Source: Candidatus Saccharimonadales bacterium (GTDB taxonomy: Bacteria > Chloroflexota > Dormibacteria > Aeolococcales > Aeolococcaceae). Taken from it: a stretch of DNA of 64,000 nucleotides. The stretch lies in assembly GCA_035532495.1 (NCBI GenBank), contig DATKQX010000062.1, positions 47,261 through 111,260 on the forward strand, written 5' to 3'. This document shows, piece by piece, positions 33,309-41,693 of the stretch. The notes beneath the pieces are model-generated. The model saw nothing but the letters and a program-made list of their open reading frames with translations. It had not been told where the DNA came from and made no database searches. The position numbers were made by a program, and so were the translations under genes. Within the stretch, counting starts at the first letter, position 1. Each line of letters opens with the position of its first letter.

Positions 33309-35936
33309 GTGGACAGGGCCACCGCCGCGTCCGAGGTTGACAGTCCGCTGATAGCCCCAGACCTCGCGCTCGATCGTCTGCACCTGATCGTGCCCGACGG
33401 CAGCGATGCCATGGTTGTCCTGGAAGCGTGGGCCCATGGTTCGCAGCCCGGTGCCGACCCGCGCACCGTCTTTGCCGAGCGTATCGGTGAAGTCGGACAC
33501 GTCTCCGTCTCGTTCGGTGACGAGGATCCGCCGCACCTGCGCCTCGACCTGCCCGATCTCGTCCTGCAATGCGTCGCGCAGCCGGGACCCGACGGCACCC
33601 GCGAGCACCTCGGCCTGCGGGTCGTCACGATCCGCCCGACGGGAGGCCAGCCGGAGGGCGCAAAGCTCCTCACGATCACCACCCGCGAACCGGTGGTGAC
33701 CGAGGCAAACGGCGTCGTCAGCGACACGTTCCGGCTGCTCGACTGGCGCGTCTCGACGCAGCACGCCGCTCGCTCCGAGCAGCTCTACGCAACCCTGAAG
33801 CTCGTCGACAGCCTGGAGCGCGCGGAGAAGCAGCGAGCGCAGTCGCAGCGAACCCGCTTCAACGGCGCTCGCGAGTACTGGCGCTGCAAGTCGTGCCGGG
33901 CGCTGTGGCGTCCGGAGAGCCATGAGCGCTGCCCGTCCTGCGGCCGCGAGTTCACCGATGCCGACCGCAAATCCCCCGAGGTCGGCAAGGTCGAATTCCA
34001 GATCCCGATCGGAGAGCCGATCAACCTGACACCAGATGCGGCAGTCCTCATCGAGCCCGACGACGAGACCAATTTCGTCGGCCGCGTCGCTCGCATCGAC
34101 CACCAGCGTCACGTCGTCGAGATCGTCACGCGAACGTTCGAGCACTCGGGCAGCGAGGGCTACATCGCTCCCTCGTTCAACAAGGCGCTCTATCAGGCGA
34201 AGCGCTCGGTGCTCGCCGCCATCGCGACCAAGGATTTCGGCGTCGGGCTGCTTGCGCAACTCCTCGTGAGTCCGGAAACCATCGTTGCGCCCAAGGACGA
34301 GTCGGACGCCGAGTCCTCGTGGCTCACCAGCGGGATGCGCCCGAACAAACCGCAGAACCGCGCCGTGGGGCTGCTGAGCAGGCTGAGCGCCGGCCAGGCC
34401 GTGTTCATCCAGGGACCGCCTGGCACCGGCAAGACGACGGTCATCGTCGAGGCCGTCAAGCGCCGTCTTGCGGCCAACCCGGATGAGCGCATCCTGGTCA
34501 CGTCGCACAGCAACCTCGCGGTCGACAACGCGCTCGAACGGCTCGCCGGAACGCCTGGCATGCGCGCCGTCCGCGTTGCGCGGGCCGAGCGCGTGCACCC
34601 CGCCGTGGACAAATTCCGCTGCGACGACGAAGACGACCCGCGCCTGCTCGAAGCCAACTGCTATTTCGCCACGTGCGCGACGGCGGCGACATCGGGCATC
34701 ACGGACATGAACTTCGACATCGTCATCCTCGACGAGGCCAACAAGGCACGCGCCGACGAAGCGCTGCCGGCGCTGCGTCTCGGCCGAAGCCTCGCACTCG
34801 TCGGCGACCACAAGCAACTCCCACCGGTCGAGGACGACGCGCTCTACGGCATCGTCGAGATCGACCCGGCACTCGAGGACCTCGTCAACCGCAGCCTCTT
34901 CGAGCAGTGCTGGGACGGCGGGTTGCCGGCCGAAGCGCAGTGTCTCCTCACCATCCAACACCGCATGCATCCGGACATCGCCGCGTACGTCTCGGCTGCC
35001 TCGTACGACAACCAGCTCGAGAACGCGCCCGAGGTCGAGGCATACGACTACATCACGCGCAAGCCGTTCCCGGTCGCGCTCCACTTCGTCGACACCGAGG
35101 GGATGCGCGGCGGCCGCGAGCGCCGCGGACCTGGCGGTGCGTTGCGGAACGAGGCCGAGGTCCGCGTGGCCGCGCAGGTCGTTCGTCTCCTCGATGAGCG
35201 CGCGCCGCGCGAGCTCAGCATGGCCGTGATCGCGATGTACGCGGAGCAGGTCGAGCGTCTCCGCCAGGCACTCGGGCGTCGCAAGTTCAAGCGCACGGTG
35301 AAGATCGATACCGTCGACTCGTTCGAGGGGCGCGAGGAGGACATCGTCGTCATCTCCCTGGTGCGCTCGAACGAACGCGGGCGCATCGGCTTCCTGCGCG
35401 TGCCGAACCGGCTCAACGTCGCCATCTCGCGCGCCAAGCGCCTGGTTGCGTGCATCGGTGACAGCGCAACGCTGCGCAGCGGTGACGAGTCGATGTACGG
35501 AGTGCTCGTCGAAGCGTCTCGATCGACCGGCGGCTGGCTCAGCGCGCTCGAGCTTGTCTCGCAACCCAAGCCGAACCGGGGCGCCCCGCGCCCGCAGCAG
35601 GACGGCGCATCGGTCGAAACGGGCGACGGCACCGATCCGGAGCGCGCCGCCAAGCGCCGCCGCCGCCGCCGCCGCGGGCGCCGTGGGGCTCCGCAGCCGG
35701 GGCTCGCGGCAACGGACCGGGGCACGACGGCGGTGACCCCGCCCACCCCGGGCGAGGCGCAACCGCAGGACGGGACCCAGCGCAAGCGTCGCCGGCGCCG
35801 CCGCCGCGGCCGCGGGCGTGGGGCGGCCACCGGCCTGCCCACGGGTCAGATGGCCGAGGACGGTCAGGCGCCACCTCCCGGCGAGTCACAGCCGTCCGTG
35901 GCGCCGCCCATCGCCGGTGACCCACCGGAGGGCTGA
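33309..35936 (+). CDS. Upf1/DNA2-like SF1 helicase (AAA_11/AAA_12-type) with N-terminal zinc ribbon and poly-Arg tail
   Basis: Walker A GPPGTGKTT, VILDEA, TIQHRMHP, VDSFEGREEDIVVIS and NVAISRAKR. Zinc ribbon CKSC..x14..CPSC. Two RRRRRRRG tracts at the C-terminus. Start is uncertain (GTG 33309 or ATG 33411). Confidence 0.85.
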   Translation: MDRATAASEVDSPLIAPDLALDRLHLIVPDGSDAMVVLEAWAHGSQPGADPRTVFAERIGEVGHVSVSFGDEDPPHLRLDLPDLVLQCVAQPGPDGTREHLGLRVVTIRPTGGQPEGAKLLTITTREPVVTEANGVVSDTFRLLDWRVSTQHAARSEQLYATLKLVDSLERAEKQRAQSQRTRFNGAREYWRCKSCRALWRPESHERCPSCGREFTDADRKSPEVGKVEFQIPIGEPINLTPDAAVLIEPDDETNFVGRVARIDHQRHVVEIVTRTFEHSGSEGYIAPSFNKALYQAKRSVLAAIATKDFGVGLLAQLLVSPETIVAPKDESDAESSWLTSGMRPNKPQNRAVGLLSRLSAGQAVFIQGPPGTGKTTVIVEAVKRRLAANPDERILVTSHSNLAVDNALERLAGTPGMRAVRVARAERVHPAVDKFRCDDEDDPRLLEANCYFATCATAATSGITDMNFDIVILDEANKARADEALPALRLGRSLALVGDHKQLPPVEDDALYGIVEIDPALEDLVNRSLFEQCWDGGLPAEAQCLLTIQHRMHPDIAAYVSAASYDNQLENAPEVEAYDYITRKPFPVALHFVDTEGMRGGRERRGPGGALRNEAEVRVAAQVVRLLDERAPRELSMAVIAMYAEQVERLRQALGRRKFKRTVKIDTVDSFEGREEDIVVISLVRSNERGRIGFLRVPNRLNVAISRAKRLVACIGDSATLRSGDESMYGVLVEASRSTGGWLSALELVSQPKPNRGAPRPQQDGASVETGDGTDPERAAKRRRRRRRGRRGAPQPGLAATDRGTTAVTPPTPGEAQPQDGTQRKRRRRRRRGRGRGAATGLPTGQMAEDGQAPPPGESQPSVAPPIAGDPPEG

Positions 35937-35941
35937 CGCTT

Positions 35942-36553
35942 GTGAGCGAGACGGTCACGGTCTTCGTCCGCCCGGGCGACCCCGCGTCGGAGGCGACGCT
36001 TCGCTATCTGGATCAGCGCGGCATCGCGTACCTAAAGCGCGACGTGCTCAGCGATCCGTCGGCGACCGCCATCCTCTTCGGGCGTCTCGGCAAGGTCGTG
36101 GCACCCGTCGTCCAGGTGGGGGAGCGGCTGCTCGTCGGCCACGATCCCGTACAGCTCGCGCGCTTTCTCCCTCGCCCGGAGAGCGAGGAACAGCACGTGG
36201 CCTTTGGAGCCTCGGTGCGGACCGTGACCGCCGATATCGCCACTGAGAAGGGGCTCCCCTCCACATTCGGCGTCGAGGTCGGGCAGGTCAAGCCGGGCTC
36301 GCCCGCCGAGGCCGCGGGCATTGAGGGAGGCGACGTGATCACCGGCATCGGTCCGTACACGGTCAACGGTGGCGCTGAACAATTCCGGCGCGCGGTGTCG
36401 CTCCGACAGCCCGGCGACACGATGATGCTGACCATCTGGCGGGCCGCTGACGCGTTCGAAGTCGCGGTCGCCTTTCCCAACGAGATTCCCGGCGAGGTTG
36501 CTCCCGACGGAGCCGGTCCCGACGGCGCCGCTCAGGAAGCACCACCGGCCTGA
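35942..36553 (+). CDS. glutaredoxin/NrdH-like fold (no CxxC) fused to a PDZ domain
   Basis: VTVFVRPGDPASEATLRYLDQRGIAYLKRDV...APVVQVGERLLVGHDP is Grx-like with the CxxC replaced. GVEVGQVKPGSPAEAAGIEGGDVITGI is a PDZ motif. It starts 5 nt after the helicase stop. Confidence 0.6.
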   Translation: MSETVTVFVRPGDPASEATLRYLDQRGIAYLKRDVLSDPSATAILFGRLGKVVAPVVQVGERLLVGHDPVQLARFLPRPESEEQHVAFGASVRTVTADIATEKGLPSTFGVEVGQVKPGSPAEAAGIEGGDVITGIGPYTVNGGAEQFRRAVSLRQPGDTMMLTIWRAADAFEVAVAFPNEIPGEVAPDGAGPDGAAQEAPPA

Positions 36554-36600
36554 TCCGGACGGCGGCTCACACACGCTCCGGCCTGCGCGTTTGATATGCA

Positions 36601-37083
36601 GTGAGCACGGTGCGATCGATCCAACTCCCTCCGTTCCAGCGCGTCTTTGACGATCACTCCGGCGCGGTGCTCTCGTTCCTCGTCGGCGCGATCGGTCCGG
36701 CGGACGCCGAGGACTGCTTCCAGGAGACGATGCTCAGCGCGCTGCGCGCCTATCCGCGTCTCGTCGACGCCTCGAACCTGCGCGGCTGGCTGTTCACGAT
36801 CGCGCGCCGCAAGGTGATCGATGCCCGCCGCGCGATGGCCCGCAGGCCCACTCCCGTCGCCGACCCCGATCCAGGGGCCACCCCAGGCGCCCAGTCGGTT
36901 CTTGATGAAGGCCTTTGGGACGACGTGCGCCGGCTTCCGGTGAAGCAACGCCGCGCGGTCGTGCTCCGATTCGCCGGCGACCGCAGCTACCCGGAGATCG
37001 CGGCGGCGATGTCGACCACACAGGACTCGGCGCGCCAGAGCGTGCATGAGGGCCTGAAGAAGCTCAGGAGGGACCGCACGTGA
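36601..37083 (+). CDS. ECF-type RNA polymerase sigma factor
   Basis: Region 2 (DAEDCFQETMLSALRAY...NLRGWLFTIARRKVIDARR) and region 4 (LPVKQRRAVVLRFAGDRSYPEIAAAMSTTQDSARQSVHEGLKKLR). Confidence 0.85.
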   Translation: MSTVRSIQLPPFQRVFDDHSGAVLSFLVGAIGPADAEDCFQETMLSALRAYPRLVDASNLRGWLFTIARRKVIDARRAMARRPTPVADPDPGATPGAQSVLDEGLWDDVRRLPVKQRRAVVLRFAGDRSYPEIAAAMSTTQDSARQSVHEGLKKLRRDRT

Positions 37084-37652
37084 CCGTTGACCAAGCGCCC
37101 GTCGACGAAGGCCTGGCGTCGAGATTCGCCGACCGAGCGGAGGCGGGCGGGCTCATCGACGTGGCGGTCACGACGATGGACAGCCCGATCGGAACGCTGC
37201 TGCTCATGGCAACGCGTCGCGGGCTGGTTCGCATCGCGTTCGAGAGCGAGAACCGTGACGAGGTCCTTGGTGAAGTGGCGGCTCAGCTCTCGCCGCGGAT
37301 CCTCGAGGCACCGCGCCGGCTCGATCCGGCGCGCCGCGAGCTGGACAGCTACTTCAACGGACAGCTTCGCGACTTTGACCTCGACCTCGACTGGTCGCTC
37401 GTGGGACCGTTCGCCCGGCGCGTGCTCCGCAGAACCGCGCGCATTCCGTACGGGGGGGTCGCCAGCTACGGCGATGTCGCGCACGAGATCGGCTCGCCGC
37501 GCGCGGCGCGAGCGGTCGGCAACGCGCTCGGCTCGAACCCGATTCCCGTGGTCGTGCCGTGCCACCGCGTCGTCCGCACCGGCGGCAACATCGGCGGCTA
37601 CGGCGGCGGGCTACTCCGCAAGCGCTGGCTGCTGGACCTCGAAACGCGCTGA
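37080..37652 (+). CDS. ogt: methylated-DNA--protein-cysteine methyltransferase
   Basis: IPYGGVASYGDVA, NPIPVVVPCHRVV active site and GGYGGGL. GTG 37080 overlaps the sigma factor stop (GTGA). Confidence 0.9.
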   Translation: MTVDQAPVDEGLASRFADRAEAGGLIDVAVTTMDSPIGTLLLMATRRGLVRIAFESENRDEVLGEVAAQLSPRILEAPRRLDPARRELDSYFNGQLRDFDLDLDWSLVGPFARRVLRRTARIPYGGVASYGDVAHEIGSPRAARAVGNALGSNPIPVVVPCHRVVRTGGNIGGYGGGLLRKRWLLDLETR

Positions 37653-37662
37653 GAGGCGCCGG

Positions 37663-37917
37663 CTACCAGCCGGGAGGAGGCTCGCTTCGATTGAGCAGGC
37701 GAACGAAATCCTCGGCACGCGCGACCGCCTCCCACCGCCGCGAGAAGAAGTCCTGAGTGATCATCCGGTTGTCGGCTATCGACGTCACAGTGACCGCCCA
37801 TTGGTTGAGGGCTCGGGAGACCTCGACCTCGTGGGTGCCGCCGTCATTGCGCATGACCACACCGCTTGCGGCCGGCCGGCGTCCACGGTCGTTGCGTCGA
37901 GAGGACGCCATGGCCAT
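37663..37917 (-). CDS. small hypothetical protein (84 aa)
   Basis: ATG 37917 is preceded by GGAGGTG with a 6-nt spacer. Upstream track residues overlap the DUF72 gene's 3' end. Confidence 0.5.
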   Translation of the reverse strand: MAMASSRRNDRGRRPAASGVVMRNDGGTHEVEVSRALNQWAVTVTSIADNRMITQDFFSRRWEAVARAEDFVRLLNRSEPPPGW

Positions 37918-37990
37918 CGTGAACACCTCCAATACAAATTCCGCCCGGCAGAGCCGGTTCGCCCCCACCATTGTCCCCCAAACGGGTACC

Positions 37991-38986
37991 TCATAGCGAG
38001 AGGCTGAGTTGGTCCCCCTCTTCCTCCGATGCACCGCCGCCGCCAGTGTCCGGAGGGGGCGTCGGGACCGGCGCGGAGGTCTCCACCCACGCGGGGACGG
38101 CTCCGTCTCGCTCGCGGAGCGTGTCGATCACCGGCTGGGGCGGGCGAGGCAGTCCGGCACCCAGCATCGCGCCGAAATCGAAGGCGTTGACCACCGCGTA
38201 GTTGCTTCTGTTGTTGTTCATCAGGACGTGCACCGGCACACCGTCGTCGCTCGCGGCGCGTATCGCCGGAACCCACTCCGCAAGCTCGGCAGGCGTGTAC
38301 AGGTAGTTGAAGCGATCCCCGCTGGTCGGCCCGCCCGAGTACCACGTCTGGCGATTGCGACCGTGGAAGCGGGCGATGCAGAGGCGGCGTGAGGTGATGG
38401 CGAGCAGAGGCGGGGCGGTGGCGCTGCCGATCTGCGGGGAGTCGACGCCGACGGAGACGCACTCCAGCTCACGGAGGAGGTCCTCCGTCGCCGGCCATGC
38501 GTCACCGTCGTACCAGGAGCGGTGCCGGAACTCGATCGCGAGGAGATCGTCGGGGTGGCGGTCACGCGCTGCCAGGAGCCAGTCGCGGGCCTCGGGACGG
38601 TTGGTGAACCAGGGCGGGAACTGGTAGTGGACAGCGACCAGCTTGCCGCCTGCGCGAAGTGGAGCCAGGGCGGCCATGAAGTCATGCTGTTCCTCGGGCG
38701 TCGGCCGCCGAGGCCGGCCATCCTCGCGCTCGTGCCCGGTGAGGCTGCGGTACGCCTTGATGTTGAACCGGAAGTTCGCCGGGGTCCGATCGACCCATGC
38801 CTCGACCACGGGCGGCCGGGGGATCCCGTAGAAGGTGGTGTCGATCTCGACGATGGGGAAGTACTGCGCGTAGTGGGTCAGCTTTTCGCGCTGCCGGCGC
38901 CCGCGCTCCAGCTCCGGTGGATAGAAGTCGGTGTGGTCGGCCCAGTTGCACGTGCCGATTGCGATGGTGGCGGCCAATTTGAACAA
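37991..38986 (-). CDS. DUF72 (UPF0759) family protein
   Basis: IGTCNWAD, YFPIVEIDTTFYGIP, FRFNIKAY and FEFRHRSW patterns typical of DUF72. TTG start (38986 or 38977). Confidence 0.8.
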   Translation of the reverse strand: MFKLAATIAIGTCNWADHTDFYPPELERGRRQREKLTHYAQYFPIVEIDTTFYGIPRPPVVEAWVDRTPANFRFNIKAYRSLTGHEREDGRPRRPTPEEQHDFMAALAPLRAGGKLVAVHYQFPPWFTNRPEARDWLLAARDRHPDDLLAIEFRHRSWYDGDAWPATEDLLRELECVSVGVDSPQIGSATAPPLLAITSRRLCIARFHGRNRQTWYSGGPTSGDRFNYLYTPAELAEWVPAIRAASDDGVPVHVLMNNNRSNYAVVNAFDFGAMLGAGLPRPPQPVIDTLRERDGAVPAWVETSAPVPTPPPDTGGGGASEEEGDQLSLSL

Positions 38987-39083
38987 ACAGTAACGAAGCC
39001 GTCACCGAAGCTGGCGATTGCATTGGAGCAACTCGCCATACGATCGCGGCGGTGCTGTGTAAGGCGGAGATTTCAACGACGCG

Positions 39084-41693
39084 ATGACGCCACCGGTGCA
39101 TCGCCTTCGGGCTGCGTTCAGCCGGCGGACCCGTATCGATCCGCGACTGTGGCTTGTTGGCGCCCTCCTCCTCGCGATTGGGACAGCGCTCTGGATCGGC
39201 TACGACGCAGGTCAGACGGCGTACAGATCGCCGAGCCTGCCCTGGTGGGCATATGCTGCGGCGTTCTTCCTCACTGCTCGACTCGCGGCGATGGACAGCC
39301 CGCGACGGGGCACGCAGGCGATCACGTTGGCGGCCGCACCCTTTGTGGTCGGGCTCTTCCACGCGACCCCGACGGATCTCCTCCTCGGCTATGTCGTCGG
39401 AACCGGCCTGTCGTCGGTGATGCGCCGGCCACTCGGGCTCTGGCAAACAGCGTTCGACCTCGCGCGTTTCGTGGTCTTCGCCTCGATCGGCATCTGGGTC
39501 TTCCGGCTCATCGCAGGAAGCCCAACCCTCCCCGTCTGGCACAGCGCACTCGCGGCCATCGCGGCGACCATCATCACCGTGCTGCGTCGCGGCATCTCCG
39601 ACGCGATCCTGCTCCGCCCCCGCGATCGCAACTCGTGGATCGCCGTCGGCTATCACCTCGGCTCGGCGTACGTCGCTGCCGTCACGTCGATGTGCATCGG
39701 GCTCATCGCCGTTCGGCTCATTCCGGTCGACCGTGCGGCACTCGTTCCGCTCTCGGTCGTCACCATCGCCGTCCTCATGACCCACCGGGCATGGGTACGC
39801 GAGCACTACGACCACGAGGCCGCAGAGTTCCTGATCGGGGCCGTCGACGCCCTGGCCGGCCGTGAGCTGGAGCCGTCGATCGTGCTGTTGCTCAACCGCG
39901 CCCGGGCGATCTATCACGCCGAGATCGCGCAGCTCACCGTCTTCCCATCGCAGCCCAACGAGAAGGCGTTTCGCACGACAGTCCGCAACGGATTCCCCGA
40001 CGAGGTGATGGTGCCGCTCGGTCTCGGCGAGCTCGACGACGTCCTGGAAGCCGAAACCGCCGGCGTGATCGTTCGCGCGGGGAGAGCCGACGATCCCAGC
40101 GCGCAGATGCTCGAGCGCCGTGGGGTGCGCGAGGCGATGGTCGCGCTGCTGCGCGGCGAGTCGCGAATGATCGGCAGCCTGATGGTCGGCGGTCACCTCG
40201 ACGCGCGCGACTTCGACCAGCGCGACCTCAAGCTCTTTCGCACGCTCGCAACGCGCACGACCGTGATCCTCGAGAACAGCCGCATGGAGCGCTCGATCGC
40301 GCGACTCACCGAGCTCCAGGAACAGCTGACGCATCAGGCGTATCACGACTCGCTGACCGACCTCGCGAACCGGACGCTGTTTGGACAGCACATCGAGACG
40401 GCATTGACGCGAAGCGCGGAAGGCGTCTCGAGCGTCGCGGTCATCTTCCTGGACATCGACGACTTCAAAGGCATCAACGACACGCTCGGGCACGCCGCAG
40501 GCGACGCGATGCTCGTCGAGGTGGCGGCGCGGATTCGCTCGTGTCTGCGCCGTCCGGACACGGCCGCGCGCCTGGGCGGCGACGAGTTCGCGGTCCTCAT
40601 CGAAGGGGTCGACAGCGTCGTCGAAGCGGAGCACGTCGCGCGCCGCGTGCTCGAGACATTGCACCGGCCGTTCGTGCTCAGCGGCAACACGATCACGGTG
40701 CGCGCCTCACTCGGTATCGCTGTTGCAGACAATGTTGCCGATAACGCGACCAGCCTCATGCGCCATGCCGACGTGGCGATGTACGCCGCCAAGGGCACGG
40801 GACGTGATCGATACATCGTCTTCGCACCGGGGATGGAAAGCGACGTCGTTCACCGGCGGCAGCTGCGCGGAGAGCTCGAGCGCGCGATGGAGAAGGAGCA
40901 GTTCAGCCTCCACTACCAACCGGTCGTCAACCTCATCACCGGTGAGATCTCCGCGGTCGAGGCGCTCGTCCGATGGCGCCATCCCACGCGCGGCATCGTC
41001 GCCCCGGGCGAGTTCATCCACGTCGCCGAGGAGAGCCGCCTCATCCTGCCGCTCGGCGCGTTCGTGCTCCACAGCGCCTGCGCGACGGCGCTCCGCCTCC
41101 AGCAGGAGTGCCCGCAGGAGCCGCCGCTGTCGGTGTGCGTGAACGTATCGGTGATCCAGCTCAACAGCCCGACGTTCGTCCAGGACGTCCTTGTCATCGT
41201 CAAGGACGTCGGGCTGCCTCCCGACACCCTCATCCTCGAGCTCACCGAGTCGATGCTGCTCGAGGACACCGCGATGGTCTCCGCGAAGCTCGAGGCGCTG
41301 CGCCGCCAGGGCATTCGCATCGCCATCGACGATTTCGGGACGGGCTACTCGTCGTTGAGCTACCTGCGCCGTCTCCCGGTGGACATCCTCAAGATCGCGA
41401 AGCCGTTCGTCGACGATCTCGGCAGCGGTGCCGATGAGGACTTCACGCGCGCCATCGTGAGCCTCGCTGAGGCGCTTCAGGTGCAGGTCATCGCCGAGGG
41501 GATCGAGGCGGCGTCACAGGTGACCCGGCTGCTCCAGCTCGGGTGTCTCGCCGGTCAGGGCTTTCATCTCTGCCACCCGCTGCCGGAGCACGAGGTCGAG
41601 CAACTCCTCCGCCAAGGCGGCGTTGACCGGGCGCGGCTCAACACGGAGCCGGTCGCCGCCGGCAACGTGGTTCCCCTGCGGCTGAGCCGTTGA
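39084..41693 (+). CDS. membrane-anchored GAF-GGDEF-EAL c-di-GMP turnover protein
   Basis: ~6 N-terminal TM helices, a GAF-like region, RRPD I-site 5 aa before GGDEF (RLGGDEFAVL), and an EAL domain (EALVRWRHP, DDFGTGYSSLSYL, KIAKPF). Confidence 0.9.
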   Translation: MTPPVHRLRAAFSRRTRIDPRLWLVGALLLAIGTALWIGYDAGQTAYRSPSLPWWAYAAAFFLTARLAAMDSPRRGTQAITLAAAPFVVGLFHATPTDLLLGYVVGTGLSSVMRRPLGLWQTAFDLARFVVFASIGIWVFRLIAGSPTLPVWHSALAAIAATIITVLRRGISDAILLRPRDRNSWIAVGYHLGSAYVAAVTSMCIGLIAVRLIPVDRAALVPLSVVTIAVLMTHRAWVREHYDHEAAEFLIGAVDALAGRELEPSIVLLLNRARAIYHAEIAQLTVFPSQPNEKAFRTTVRNGFPDEVMVPLGLGELDDVLEAETAGVIVRAGRADDPSAQMLERRGVREAMVALLRGESRMIGSLMVGGHLDARDFDQRDLKLFRTLATRTTVILENSRMERSIARLTELQEQLTHQAYHDSLTDLANRTLFGQHIETALTRSAEGVSSVAVIFLDIDDFKGINDTLGHAAGDAMLVEVAARIRSCLRRPDTAARLGGDEFAVLIEGVDSVVEAEHVARRVLETLHRPFVLSGNTITVRASLGIAVADNVADNATSLMRHADVAMYAAKGTGRDRYIVFAPGMESDVVHRRQLRGELERAMEKEQFSLHYQPVVNLITGEISAVEALVRWRHPTRGIVAPGEFIHVAEESRLILPLGAFVLHSACATALRLQQECPQEPPLSVCVNVSVIQLNSPTFVQDVLVIVKDVGLPPDTLILELTESMLLEDTAMVSAKLEALRRQGIRIAIDDFGTGYSSLSYLRRLPVDILKIAKPFVDDLGSGADEDFTRAIVSLAEALQVQVIAEGIEAASQVTRLLQLGCLAGQGFHLCHPLPEHEVEQLLRQGGVDRARLNTEPVAAGNVVPLRLSR

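Noticed and set aside
33297-35762. 821-aa ORF on the minus strand
   Set aside because: It is antisense to the helicase gene, which carries unambiguous SF1 motifs. The translation is Arg/Ala/Gly/Asp-rich with no motifs, a typical GC-rich shadow ORF.
38682-40664. 660-aa minus-strand ORF (and the similar 42122..43438)
   Set aside because: Both are antisense shadows of the two GGDEF-EAL genes. No recognisable domains.
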